Source: Octopus sinensis
Lineage: Eukaryota
DNA: 64,000 bases
Assembly (NCBI RefSeq): GCF_006345805.1
Contig: NC_042998.1
Coordinates: forward strand, 152,272,001 to 152,336,000
Direction: 5' to 3'
This document shows, piece after piece, positions 11,522-25,100 of this stretch; position 1 is the stretch's first letter, and every line of letters starts with the position of its first letter. A model generated the notes under the pieces. It saw nothing but the letters and a program-made list of their open reading frames with translations, was not told the origin of the DNA and did not search any database. The position numbers and the translations under genes are program-made.

Positions 11522-14500
11522 ATTTTTTTCATTTCATCTAGTTTCAGCTCACGAGCTGTAGCCATACTGGGACACCGCCATTTGGTGTTGCTACATGATT
11601 TTACTTCACGAATGCTTTTTAGCAATTGACATTTGGTGCATGAGAGTTTGATGCAGCTGCCCTCATCTGCACTTCCTGCCGTGAAGTTGGTTCGTCTGGG
11701 GCAACTGACAAGAAGAGGTCCAGTTTTATTTTGAAGACATCTGCATCCACCCCATGCAGGTCTCTCAGGTCCTTCGGGAGGATATTAAAGAGCTGTGGAC
11801 CTCTGAAGCCTAGGCTATCGCAGTATCTTGTCCTACATCTTGATGGCAAATTTGGAGTCCTTGGCACTATGCAGTGGCGCCCAGTTCTAGTATTTGTGTA
11901 ACTCTCGATGCCAAAGTTTGGAACAAGTCCTTCCAGGATCTTCCAGATGTATATTATGGCATATCTTTCTCGCCTACGCTCTAAGGAATAGAAGTCTTAA
12001 TCTTTGAGACTTTCCCAATAGCTTGTATGCTGCATAGAGGCTATCTTCTTCATGTAGCTTCGTTGGATTGCCTCAAGTTCTGAGATTAACTTGACACTGG
12101 TTGGTGACCATAACTGAGAGCAATAGTCAAAGTGGCTTAGGACAAGTGTCCTCCAGAGGACCTTCATGGTTTCCTGGTCTCTTGTTCTAAAAGCTCTACG
12201 AATCCTTCCGGTCAGCCACCTGCATTTCATTGCCAATTTAGCAACATGCACATGAAAGGTTGGATCATTACTCATGTAAATACCCAGGTCTCGCACTGAT
12301 TGTGCCTCTGGGATTGCAATCCCTCCAGGTCCAGTGTATTTATTGTGTATTTATCTAGTTTTGCATGCTGATAGCATAAAGCTTGAAACTTTTCAGCATT
12401 GAAATGCATGCTATTCTTTTCAACCCACTTGTATATTTCGTCCAGCTCACATTGCAGGTGCATAGTGTCTTCAGGGTTCTGTATTACCTGTGAAACTTTT
12501 GTATCATCTGCATAACTTGTGATCGTGGCTCACTGCATGGCTGAGGGCATGTCTGAGAAGGCCATTATGAACAGCAGTGGTCCTAAAACAGTGCCTTACG
12601 GAACACCGCTCACTATTTGCGTGTTAATGGAGGTGGTCCCATTGGCTACTACCACCTGACTTCTATCCTTCAGAAAGTCATGAAACCATTCTCCCAATTT
12701 TACAACTATGCCAAGATCACGCAGTTTGTGACATATCATTCCGTGATCGACTTTATCAAAGGCCTTTGCAAAGTCGAGATATATGACTTCCACATTTGAG
12801 TGGATGAACAGTTGTTTCAGCACCCAGTCATAGTGTTGTGGGAGTTGAGTTAGGCAGTTTCTTCCTGGTCGGAAGCCATGTTGGGTGTCAGGCAGCAAGT
12901 CATTTTCTTCAAGGAAGGCGATTAGTTTCCTTCTGACTATTCGTTCCATGACCTTGCTGGTGTGTGAGGTCAGAGAGGTAGGTCTGTAGTTCTTGGCCTC
13001 CGCTCTGCTACCTCCTTTATGAATAGGGCATATTTTACTCTCCTTCAGTTTTCTTGGAAGTTTGCCAGTTGCAAGGAAGCTCTGAAAGAGGAACTGCAGT
13101 GATCTTGCTAGGACTCGCTTACATACTTTTAGAAGGATTGCTCAGAATCAATCGGAGCCAGTAGCTGAGTTTGGGTTCATTTCATCTATAGCCTTTATTA
13201 CATCGTCTTCCTTTATATTGATGTAATCAATCATCATTGCTTCTGATTTTATATCTGCAGTGGTAAAGAAGTCAGTTGGATTGCTGACTTGAAAGTGCCC
13301 TAGGGGTGGAGTGAAAATACTTTTGAATTACTCATTTAGTATTTCACTTATCCTCATTGGATTTCCTGTGAGAGCACCATCTTTTTCAAGGAGTGGCCCT
13401 ATCCTGCAGTGCACCGTAGCTGTTTCTTTGGCAAACTTGTAGAAAGCTCTGGGGTTAGATTTTATATTGTCTATAGCCCAGGCTTCTTTGTACGCCGTCT
13501 CATAAGTATTTTCCTCTCCCTATGGATTTTGTTCTTGTGTACAGTGGCCTTTCTCTCTGGGACACATTTGTAGCATATAGCTTGCATTACAGACATGAAT
13601 TGTTGAAGTTTCATATCGATGTCTGGTGAGGAGAGACATTTAGGCCAGTTTTGTTTAGGATCTCTTTCTCAATTTGTTTCCAGTTTGCCTTATGGAAGTT
13701 CAAGCTGGAAAGATTCTGAGAGTTTCTTGTAGGCTGCATATCCATGCTTTCCTTTGGCCCGTACATGGTCAGCTCTACCATGCTGTGATCCGAGAGTAGT
13801 GTCGGTGTCACTTTCACATTATGGATGAGATCCATATTATTCGTGAAGCAGAGATCCAGTATGTTACCTGCCCTGGTTGGTTGTAGTACTATTTGCTCCA
13901 CGTACAAAGTGTTGATGAGGTTCAGGAGGGACCTCACCTGTCGACGTTCGCATCGTGTCATTCCTAGGAGAGAAAAGCCCTCAGACCATCTGACATTGGG
14001 CAGATTGAAGTCTCCCATAAGAAGTACACTTATGTGTTGTTCTAATGTGACTAGAACTTCTATTTTTGTAAGGCAGACTTCAAACTTGCCTACATGACTT
14101 GGAGCATCTGGAGGACGATATGTAGCACATACAACTACACCGAATTGCCTTATATGTATAATTAGTGTGTCACACACCAAATTTAAGTATGACAAAAGGA
14201 TCTGGGGTGTGAGGTCCTCACGGATGTGCATAGCAACTCCACCATGATTCCTTTCTTTTCTGTCGGTCTGTAATACAACATACTGTGGTATGTGTATTTC
14301 CGCATCTGCTATATCTGGTTTCAGGTGTGTTTCCGTAAGTGCTATGCATAAGGCTTGATTGCATACAACAAGAAAGGGATTTTTGTCCTGTTACTGAGTG
14401 TTAGCAGTCCCCTAATATTCAGTAAGAGCATCGATGTGATGTTTGTGTTGTTGCCAGTGGTGTCCACCTTGGGTCTATTTGCTGTGGTGGTCTTGTGTAT

Positions 14501-15350
14501 TGTGCATAGTCCCATCTGTGAGATTAATGGAGCCAGGTCAGCTGCAGTACAATCTTTTGTGCCATGCACAAAAAAGATTCTTGTTCAGCAGCTGCCCTTT
14601 CAATAACATGTTGATGGGTTTGGTTTGTAACACGCACTACATCTGTTTATCTCCGTTTTGGGGCAGGTGGTGCGTATTCCTTTCCTTTTCTTTTTGGCAG
14701 GTAGTTTCCGCCCTGTTTCATGTTTATGTGACCTTCCTCTCCATGCCAGAAGACACCTTTCAGGTAGAATTTGCACATCCGTGTGTGCTGTCTCTTTCTA
14801 TCCTTTTTGTTATATGGATAGTCAGGCTTGCTTCTTTCCTTGGCTGTTTCATCTTTTTTTATGTTTTAGTTTTACTTTTTCCTTCTTTGGCTGTTTCATC
14901 TTTTGTTTTTCTTTTAGTTTTCCCTTCTTTTGCTTATTTCTTGGCTCTTTCATCTCCATGGTTTTGCCTTTTGATGCTGGTAGGGGCACTTGCACTTAGG
15001 TTTTCTTCCCGGGCAGGTTTCTCACTTGAATCTTCTTTGTTGTCCTGGGTGTCTACCAAGTGGGGGTGACATCTTTCATCTGCATCTGTGCCTCCATCCT
15101 TGTCATCTTTGCTTTGTTCATTGCAAAGATGGCATCAAGAGTGCTGATATGGGATCTTATGAGAGCATAGGAGCGCATAAACTCCTGCTTCTTTCGTTCT
15201 ATCTGTGCTAACTTTCTGGTGTAACCGTTGCTCTTCAGCGCAGCTGTAATTATGTTGTTTGGGTTATCTCCTTCAGCACAGTACCAGGCTCTCAAAAACA
15301 ATGCCATTTCCATGCTCCTCCAGGTGGTTCTGGCCTTTTTTGGATATTCT
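11522..15350 (-). mobile_element. Near full-length decayed CR1-like LINE (ORF1 plus APE-RT ORF2)
   Basis: APE (YRPPD, GDFNLP, PTRAGNILDLCFTN, SDH); RT (QHGFRPGRNCLTQL, YLDFAKAFDKVDH, VPQGTVLGPLLF, YADD near 12505-12516, RDLG, DYCSQLWSP); C-terminus FKIKLDLFLSVAPDEP; ORF1 remnant about 14570-15313; multiple stops and frameshifts. Confidence 0.92.
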
Positions 15351-16339
15351 ATTTATTTATCTATCTAATTATATTTAAAATTGTTAGCAGTGTGATGGAA
15401 GGTAGAGAAGAAATAGAGAAAGTAAGTGTCTATGTATTTAGAGGGACTGAGCGGCTGAGTGAAGATAAGAAGAAAGTGAGAGAGAGAGACGAGAATATTC
15501 GCGTCTATATATTTAGGAAGATTGAGAGGCTGAGAGAAGAAAGATGGCGTGACAGAGAGAAGTGATGAGACAGAGAAAGAAAGAAATGAAAGAGAGGAAG
15601 TTATGCAAAAGATAGGAAAAAATAAATAAAGTAACAAATAAATATATACCTTTCTGTAACTACGAAAGTTCTCTTCTAAACTAATTACGATTATATTTCT
15701 AAATAATTTTAAACAAATGAAACAATTTTAAACAAATGAAAAGGATTTCTAAATAATTTTAAAGAGATAAAGTGAAAATAGATTGAAAGCAAAGTGGGCG
15801 CTGTAACAGAAATTGAAAGAAGATTATTCACAGAATGTAAATGAATATGAGGTCCTAACTCAGATGTTACATTGAATAACAGGAAAATAAACAAATGAAA
15901 AGGATACTTATTCGCAAGAGGTAAAATTCCAAATCTTTGTTCTTGTACGGAGAAGTTTTCTTTCAAAAAAGAAAAGAAAACAATTCTTTTTGCTTCTTAC
16001 ATTCAGCTGGAAATAAAAATACGACTTGCAACCACGTCCTTTTCCGACGAAAAATCTCGCATGCGTAACTGACTTTAATGTATTATATTTGGCTTGAAGC
16101 GAAATATATTACGGTTTTTAATTAATATATTTTAGTAGACCGTTATGAGATAACAAGATCTACGTTTTTGTTGGTTTTAGTAGATTATTTCGTCGATTTA
16201 TGCAACCCCTTTTTTTTTTTTTTTTCACAGAGCGAAAGAAGCACGTCCTTCTTCTACGAAACCGGAAGTATGTTATATATACAATAATAATAAGGGACAT
16301 TACCGTATACATTTTTACAAACCAAGGATGTTATATAGA

Positions 16340-16465
16340 CCTCCTTGACTCAAGTTAGAGAAGGGGTGCGTATTATAAACAAGGTTTAGGTTTTTCAGAC
16401 GTAAAGCCACCTAAAAATCCCCTGCGTATTATACTCAAGGGCGGACTATACTCGAGGATTTACGG
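16340..16465 (+). mobile_element. Right end (TIR) of the same pogo-like MITE family
   Basis: AAGGGGTGCGTATTATA..TATACTCGAGGATTTACGG followed by TA; matches 52640-52728. Confidence 0.8.
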
Positions 16466-16469
16466 TATA

Positions 16470-16718
16470 TATGCTGTTGTGTCTGCAGAGGGTCATTCAC
16501 TTTTAGTGCCTTATAATTTAACACAATCACCAGAAAAATTTCCACTTAATTCTTTTTTATTTCTCTAAAATTTTCGTTTCGTCTTGCAACCTTTTCAATA
16601 GTTTTGACGCAACGAAAATTTGGGAAAAATAAAAAAGAGAGCAGTGGAAATTTTGCCGATGTGTGTATTAAATTATAAGGCACTAAAAGCGAATGACTCT
16701 CCCCAGGCACGACACGAT
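16470..16718. mobile_element. About 250-bp MITE with about 75-bp imperfect TIRs, TA-flanked
   Basis: GTCATTCACTTTTAGTGCCTTATAATTTAA (16492-16521) versus TTAAATTATAAGGCACTAAAAGCGAATGAC (16668-16698). Confidence 0.8.
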
Positions 16719-16929
16719 ATACTTCAACACACGAACTCACATAAAGAACGTTGCTCACCAAATCGAAAAATAAAATATATATATATATTTGAGTAGTTGA
16801 ATGAATTATCTTGTTATGGATAATTCGGTTAACCGATACCTGGGTAGCAAATTCACATCAGAGAAGACACGTTTGAAGTTACGTGCTTTCGTGTGGAAAT
16901 TTGTATGTTTTTTTTTTAAATTATAAATA

Positions 16930-17341
16930 TATGAAAGAATGGAGTTGAACGACGAATTAACACATTTCCTTTATTTTCGACATATGTTTCGAAGGCTACA
17001 TATTCCTAATTGCGAAGGAATACGGAGTATATTATGCCGCTTTCTCATCAGGAAAAGCAAGGAACTTATGTCAACATCAAGATGCGCAAAAACTTTTAGA
17101 TGACTTCTCACACGGAGCCCATAGTGAAAATGAGTGTCTCTTTCAAAAATTCCTTTATAAGGAGTGACGTCAAAATGGTTGGATGTAGAAGTATCTAGAA
17201 GGTTCTAAAGGTTCAAGGGTTCAAACGAAGTAGGATAAGAGAGGCATAAGAATAGGAAGGTGAAAGGGTGCAGTTCAAATGAATAGTGAATTTTATTTTG
17301 TGAGTGAGTGTCTGTGTGTGTGACTGTATATAACGGCATTA

Positions 17342-17394
<53 letters not shown>

Positions 17395-18234
17395 TGCGTG
17401 ATTGTGTTTGTGGATGGGTGGGTGTCAGAAAACAGACAGTGTTGAGGTGAAAGGTTTGTGTCTGTGTGTTTAAATGTGCTTACAATAGATAGAGGGAAAG
17501 AGAGAGAGAAAGAGGAGGGCGAGGTATAGGGACAAAGGTAACGCATACTCACTGGGTTGAGTAGTAGTTCTTTGAAAGTATAAAAAGAATTTTTTGACTA
17601 TGGGGGTGAAATATATATATAAAAAAAAGGTTATATTAATTAAAATTCAAGGGGCTATCTGTATTAATCATTATTCATATGATTGAAAGGTGTGTTTTTG
17701 CCAGTGCATGCATCTGTAGGACCTCTCGACGATTGTATTTATTAAAGGGACTTTGGCGAACAAAATATGAAAAAGTTCGGAATTACAGACCCCGCAATGT
17801 TTTCTACCCTTGTTACATTTATTGATATGCCGAATGAAGAACTACCTATATAAAAAAAAGACGTTAGAACCGGAAGTAATTTTACATTGATAGAGTTTCC
17901 AATCTTAGAATTACTGCCAATAAGAAAACGAATGCAATTGGAGTTGACTTCAGAAGCAATAACCCCGCAGTTATTATTATTTAAAAAATGCTTAGTTCTA
18001 CTAAAATTAATGTTAGTATTTTCATTAAGTGGATTTGTATTTAACAACATTTGTGAAAGATTTTTGTTAGAAAAACGTATCCTAATTTGGTGTGAGTTAA
18101 TAATCGAATAGCATCTTGAATTTCTTGGGAAATCTTTTCTATAGCTTCACGAATCATATGTATATGTATATGCATATGTCTATATATGTGTAAGTATATA
18201 TGTATATATATATATATGTATGTGTGTATGTATG

Positions 18235-18323
<89 letters not shown>

Positions 18324-18905
18324 CTATATATGTATATACATAAGTATATAAATGGATGAAGGAATTATCCTATGTTTACCGTTAACATGGAAAATTCAAT
18401 AACCTGTTACCAGGGTAGCAAAATTCACGTCAGAAACACGGTTGAAGCGACCTATCCAAAGGTAGAATCTCCGGGTTAATGTACAGACATCTGCGTGTTA
18501 TAAATTCCATTTGGAAAACAAATTAAATCGAACCTTCCATTGCTGTTCCGTGAAGCGGTTGCTAGGAACTTTCCCAAAAATTCTAGATATTAATCGATTA
18601 TTAAGTCTCACAAAGTTAGAGTCGCTTTCTCCAACACTAAGAATCTTTCACAAATTATATCTTCTCACAATACCAATCTGCTAAATAAAGGTTCTAGTGA
18701 CATTTAAATTGTAAGTGGTATTATCTATAAAGGTAGGGGAAAATTTTCTTGGGTGGAAATTTGAGGTTAAATAACGCTTACCTCCCCTTCTCCTTAAAGA
18801 ATTTATATTATGTATTGCGCTGCTTACAATATTAGAATTAAAATCACTCTTACTATTACAACTAGATATTTTGTCTTGAGTAGATCTTTCTTTTGAATTT
18901 CTCAT
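16930..18905 (-). mobile_element. Fragmented Penelope-like element: GIY-YIG remnant plus 3' pLTR with hammerhead, interrupted by microsatellites
   Basis: FFYIGSS (ORF 17742-18050) and IERSYRCMHWQKHTFQSYE (about 17680-17735), matching the end of ORF 19420-19851; terminal GTTCAACTCCAT motif shared with 20185 and 57450. Confidence 0.7.
16974..17056 (-). ncRNA. Type I hammerhead ribozyme, intact core
   Basis: ttttc CTGATGA [gaaagcggcata..tatgtagccttc] GAAA catatg TC gaaaa; GUC site; palindromic stem III. Confidence 0.85.
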
Positions 18906-18924
18906 ATAGGACTAGATTGAGCAG

Positions 18925-19410
18925 AATCAATGTATGAACGTATCTGTCAAGACCTACCAAAAACTGAGCAAATATAAAGATCTTGAAATAGAAATCAGCA
19001 AAATGTGGAACCTGAAGACTAAAACAATACCTGTTGGCATAGGTGCCCTAGGAATGATAGCAAAAGGGGCTGATTGCTACCTAACTCAGATACCAGGAAA
19101 CCCCAAAATGGCAGAAATTCAAAATATAGTGCTCATGGGAACTGCTCATAACCTACGCAAAATACTTTCTATGTAATCTCAAGGTTTAAAACAAACATAA
19201 TTTTCGTTTATTTTATTTTATTTTATTTATTTTTTTTTAGACATTCACTAGTACAACACCACCCCCCCCCCCAAATATATGGTACACTAGGCATAACAGC
19301 AACATGAACTTCCAACCTGTTGTCTCTTGAGGTCTCTGGGTGAAACTTGGAGCCAACTTGTACAAATATAAAGCAAAAGTCAAACATATAATAATAATAA
19401 TAATAATAAC
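18925..19410 (+). mobile_element. R4/Dong-like RLE LINE, 3' fragment with (TAA)n tail
   Basis: KLSKYKDLEIEISKMWNLKTKTIPVGIGALG..QNIVLMGTAHNLRKILSM* (ORF 18934-19176), then 3' UTR and TAA repeats. Confidence 0.88.
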
Positions 19411-19411
19411 A

Positions 19412-20205
19412 ATAAAATCTTGGTTTTGATCTCTGAGGACAACCCCAACAGAATTAAATTTTTGTCTAATAATTCTAAGATCAAGTATTCTATATACCAG
19501 TGTAACATTTCTTCCGGTACCAATGTCTACTTCTACATAGGCGCGTCCACTTCCCAGTTATCCAAGAGAATTTCAAATCATTATTCATTATTTAGGGATA
19601 GCAAAAAACGCCATAGTACAGGGCTAAGTAAATTGGTGTGGCATCTTAAAGACAACAATAAAGATTTTAAGTTAGATTGGTTCATACTCTCCGTATCCTT
19701 TCCTTTCGATAAGGGCAAGAGATTTTGTAACATCTGCAACTCTGAACTCTTCCATATTCTCTTCTCTAAGAATCACCTTGTGAACACACTTATAGAGCGA
19801 TCGTACAAATTTAAACACTGGCAGAAACATACTTTTTACTCATATAAGTGATTTCGCCAGTCTTTATAGTTTGAACAGTTAGTTTAACTTGCACTTTACT
19901 TCATTTTTCAATCAACGTATCCCTCTCTATTTGTTCTCTACTTATTATTCCTTTAACCCTTCTCTTACTACTATCTGCCTTTGACGTCAAATCTACTAAC
20001 GGTTTTTTTAAATACTTAATAACGTTCTGTTTATCATTTAGGCAGTCATCGTAATTGTTATAATGTCTTGTTGTTGAGAGAGGCTCTCTTTTTTTCCTGA
20101 TGAGAAGATTGCATTTTACACCGTTTATTCCTTTGGAATAAAACCATATGTCGAAAGTAACAGAATTTTATTAACATCTTCGTTCAACTCCATCTATTTA
20201 TTTAT
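19412..20205 (+). mobile_element. 5'-truncated Penelope-like element: GIY-YIG ORF plus pLTR
   Basis: ORF 19420-19851 SIYQC..YFYIGAST..KRISNH..TGLSKLVWHLK..CNICNSE; degenerate hammerhead at 20093-20156. Confidence 0.85.
20093..20156 (+). ncRNA. Degenerate hammerhead motif (GAAA box disrupted)
   Basis: tttc CTGATGA gaag....aaac catatg TC gaaa; related to the 16974 copy. Confidence 0.55.
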
Positions 20206-20251
20206 TCATTTATAATACATAAGTATATATGTGTGTGTGTATATATATATA

Positions 20252-20286
<35 letters not shown>

Positions 20287-20301
20287 GTATATATATGTAT
20301 G

Positions 20302-20382
<81 letters not shown>

Positions 20383-20405
20383 GTATATAGATAGATAGAT
20401 AGATG

Positions 20406-20442
<37 letters not shown>

Positions 20443-20721
20443 ATAAATATGGGATGGTATTATTAGAATACTATCACGCGTGGCAAGCGAATTATAAGCC
20501 TTACAGGCTAAATAATAAAATATATACATACAATATTAGATATGTACATGTATACACAAGGGTATTACATGAGTACCTATATCGCTAAAAATAAAAATAA
20601 AAAAATACTTCTGTACCACCGAATAGTCGCAAATCTATTACAGACATGATAAGAAAACATATCAGTGAACAATAATAATTTCTTACCGCTACTGGGTCAG
20701 AACAAGTAAATACTGATCAAC

Positions 20722-20777
20722 TTGGTACCGGTTTCGAAATTTAGCGCCAGATAGGTGCCTGATTTCTCATCAGTCAA
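20722..20777 (-). ncRNA. Type I hammerhead ribozyme motif, intact core, first stem I pair mismatched
   Basis: ttga CTGATGA gaaat..atttc GAAA ccgg TA ccaa. Confidence 0.75.
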
Positions 20778-21394
20778 AGTCTGCCAGCTAAATGACGATT
20801 ATATTCTCCCAGATCATGCCTGCAAAAGTTCGTTTGAAGTGGCCAAGCACTATAGGAACAAATGAAATGTGTAAATTATTTATTAATAAATACAGGGATG
20901 GCATTATTAAAATACAATCACGAGTGACAAGTGGATTATCAGCCGTACAGGCAAATTAATAAAATATATATATACAATATTAGACAATGCATAAATTTAA
21001 TTATAATTACTATGATTATAATTTTATTCTTACATATTTGTATTGTCTTTGAAACGCGCGTATGTATTGAATCCAATTTTCTATTAAATCTAATTTTGAT
21101 GCAACATCTTTTTCTCCTCCATTTTACTATAATTGTTTATGGTATATTTATACCTATAACGATATTTTTCAACTACTATTCTCATATTCTTATTAATTGC
21201 TCTGGCTGTTTTTTATGAATATGATGAATCTTTATTAGAAATCATTATTTCTCTCTTTTTGGATCTCTCAAAAAGTTTGAATTGTTCTTTTTTGAACTTA
21301 TTTTCCCATATACGTATATACATATATATACATGTATATATGAAAATTTTTGTATTGATATGAAAATTTTTGTATTAATGGAAAACCTCTATAA

Positions 21395-21480
21395 TTGGCT
21401 GATGAGTACTAGGCATTTTAAATCTGTTGTAATACTTACAACATTTAATAAAATGATGTAGTATGAAACGATCGTACCAA
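21395..21480 (+). ncRNA. Type I hammerhead ribozyme, intact core
   Basis: ttgg CTGATGA gtacta[long hairpin]tagtat GAAA cgatcg TA ccaa; GUA site after 21476. Confidence 0.88.
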
Positions 21481-21516
21481 ATTACCGGAGTCATTCTTGT
21501 TTTTATGTTGATTATT

Positions 21517-21567
<51 letters not shown>

Positions 21568-21680
21568 GTATGTATGTATATGTATATATGTAGTTATATA
21601 TATATGTGTGTGTGTATATATAAATTTATATATATATATATATCCATGTGTATATATATGTTGCTATATATACTCTCCTT

Positions 21681-22117
21681 TACTCTTTTACTTGTTTCAG
21701 TCATTTGACTGTGGCCATGCTGGAACACCGCCTTTAGTCGAGCAAATCGACCCCAGGACTTATTCTTTGTAAGCCTAGTACTTATTCTATCGGTCTTTTA
21801 CCGAACCGCTATGTTACGGGGACGTAAACACACCAGCATCGGTTGTCAAGCGATGTTGGGGGACAAACACGGACACACAAACATATACGCACACGCACAC
21901 ATATGCATATATATATATATATATATACATACATATATATATACATACATATATACGATGGGCCTCTTTCTGTTTCCATCCACCAAATCCACTCACAGGG
22001 CTTTGGTCGGCGCGGGGCTATAGTAGAGGATACTTGCCCAAGGTGCCACGCAGTGGGACAGAACCCGGAACCATGTGGTTCGTAAGCAAGCTACTTACCA
22101 CACAGCACTCCTACGCC
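21681..22117 (-). mobile_element. tRNA-derived SINE family B, full length, with internal (TA)n expansion
   Basis: Reverse complement of the 9637 copy. Confidence 0.9.
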
Positions 22118-22140
22118 TATATATATATATGTATGTATAT

Positions 22141-25100
22141 TGTTGTGGTTCGGCTGGTACAGTACTTCTTGACCTACTTTGCTTGGCTTGGAGTCTGAAA
22201 GTCTGGAATGCAAAGTTATAGTCCTTTGTTTTGGGAAGAGTAATGGCTTTTGGAAGGACCCCCTACCCTTTTGCCGGTCAAGAAAGGGTCAGAGAAAATA
22301 CCTTATAAAAAGGAGCTGTGAGTCTGTAAGTCAGTTCCGGCCGGAGAGAGGGAAAGCGCAGTCGGTATTTGGAATTCAAGGCAAGCAGTCGGCGGTTTGG
22401 AGTTTAGCAGTTTGTTTGTTCTGCTGTGACAGAGAGAGAGATACACAGAGGAATAGGCGGCTGATAGAGAGGAACTACAATATGAGACATTGGCTAATGT
22501 AACGGTACGATTTGTGAATTGTAACGTGAATTGTTGTATTGATATGTGAAGAAAAAGAAGGAAAGAGTTGTGGTATTTATGTAAAAGAGAACTGTGTAAT
22601 GAACACTGTTTATGTTGTTGATGGTTATAAAAAAGGCTAAAAAGAACAGTGCTAAAGAAATGAGACAGTGAAAAGAATCGATGTATCGAAATGTAAAAGA
22701 ACTCTGAACTTATTTGTCTATGAACATTGTATATGCCTTTAATGTGATTTGAAACAGAACTGTTGTCTCCGGACTATGATGTATTGATTTGTTGTTTAAT
22801 TCGACGTGTACTCTTTAAATGCTGTTGTTATTGCATTTGATGTGTTGTTACTTGCATGTCCTCTTTTGATGTATCTGATATGTAATTGATGTTGTAACAA
22901 TTGTAATGATTGTCATAAACTAGTACGTTAAATGTGTGCCTTGCCTCTGTGTCTCTTCTTCCTGTGGCGGCTGTTGTTGTAGTTGTTCTCTCTCTCTCTC
23001 ATCTCCGAGTTTCCGTGGCGAGCTTTCGCTGATCGGGCGAGCGACGGCAGGTGGTCCGTAACAATTGGTGTCAGAAGTTGGGATTTTCCTGATTGCTGCG
23101 CTCGATCGGCTTTTCGCTATGGATTCGTCTGGTAGTCAGACCGGAGGGGAGGAGATCTCGCTTGCCTTGATTATAGAGATGTTGAGGGGCCAGATGACGC
23201 AGAGGAACACATTCTTGGAAAGGATGGACAAGAGGCGACAGGGCCTGTGGGCAGATCGGGAAGAGCCTGAGGTTATGGATGGGTCAGCCTTGGAGGATCG
23301 GTGTTGGACCGGGGATAGCGACGGTCCTGTGGGCGGAGATTGCCCGTCAAATGAAGCATCAAATGAAATGGATAATGAAGGAAGTGGACCCGAGAAACCT
23401 TGTGATATGGAACTCGTAGAGGTTGAGAAAACCGAAAAGCCTGCTGAATGTGTGATGGCTGATGCTGTTGTTCCGTGTCTGGAGCCCTTGGCATCTCGAC
23501 CCCTGTCTCTCGGAGCTCGGGACGAAGAGCTGGCGAAGTCTGGATCGGATATCGCTGGATCCGAGGTTCCGGCTCTGTGTGTAATGGTCGCTGCGGGTGA
23601 TGTGCCGTGTGCGAGGCCTTTGGTGTCTGGGCCCCTGTCTCTCGGGGCTCAGAAGGACTGTATGGTTCCAAATGTGGAGAGGCCACAGGCGTGGAAGGAC
23701 TGGCGGCCGAGCGTACGTGTTGTGAAGCCTTCGGTGCAGAAGCTGGTGAGGAAGAGGACCAAGCCTGGGGACGAGGCGAGACGGCTGCGAACGGTGGTGG
23801 GTCTACCAAGACCAGGAAGACTGCTTCAGCGTTGGGTGAGCTTTGTAGTTGATGGCTGCTTTGGGCCGGTGGAGCCCGACAGGCAGTGCATAGTGAAAGC
23901 TCAATTGAGGGTCGGGTGGACCCTAGTAGAAGCAGAAGCTGGCAGAGCGCTGGCTGGGTCGGCCGATCTTTTGGAAGTGGCACAGGCGATTTGTAGAGGG
24001 CAAATCGAGGAATCGTGCCAGATGGCGAACCAGTGGCGGGTCCAGTTCTGCCGATATGGCAATGCAGTCGAAGGAGATGGTGGCCCACCGATGCGGTTGC
24101 GGAGGCGGTCCGCAAGGAGTCGCCGTTGCTTAGTTGGCACTCGGATGTTGGTGAAAAGCGCAGGACGTTGGTCGCGAGGGGTGTCGGATGTTGGTCGCAC
24201 GAACCTGGCGGAGTGCTTCATCAACCAGGGCGGTCGTCGCTTGAGGAAGCAGCGAGGCCGGGGAATGGTCCCAGTACAGCAGCGAAAGAGGAGATATCGG
24301 CGACAGGGAACAGTGGAAAGGCGGAATGGTCCCTGGTCGTCGGCGATAATTGCGCGGAATGGAGACGGCACAGCAAGATGCTACGTGGGGTATAGAGCCC
24401 TGAGGAAGGTGGCCACTGTGAAGGATTGGCCGGACCCTGCCTGTGTGAGGGATTTGAGGAACTTCCTCGGACGGTGCGCCTATTGTAGGCGGCTCGTAGG
24501 AAGCCTGGCGGCCTTGGCAGAGGTGTTACCCAAGGCGCAGAGGGAAGATGCCAACTTGTGGCCGGTGGTGAAGTGGTGGCCGTGGGAGGCGAGATCCCCT
24601 GAGGAGAAACCACCCAAGGGGACCTCCAGTTCCTGGAACATCTGCTGGAGCTCGCCCTCGGAGGTACGGATTTGGTGTACTTTTGTCGGGTCGACAAAGC
24701 TTAGGTAGGGGGAAGTGTTGTGGTTCGGCTGGTACCTACTTTGTTTGGCTTGGAGTCTGAAAGTCTGGAATGCAAAGTTATAGTCCTTTGTTTTGGGAAG
24801 AGTAATGGCTTTTGGAAGGACCCCCTACCCTTTTGCCGGTCAAGAAAGGGTCAGAGAAAATACCTTATAAAAAGGAGCTGTGAGTCTGTAAGTCAGTTCC
24901 GGCCGGAGAGAGGGAAAGAGCAGTCGGTATTTGGAATTCAAGGCAAGCAGTCGGCGGAATGGAGTTTAGCAGTTGGTTTGTTCTGCTGTGACATAGAGAG
25001 AGATATATACAGAGGAATAGGCGGCTGATAGAGAGGAACTACAATATGAGACATTGGCTAATGTAACGGTACGTGTTGTGAATTGTAACGTGAATTGTTG

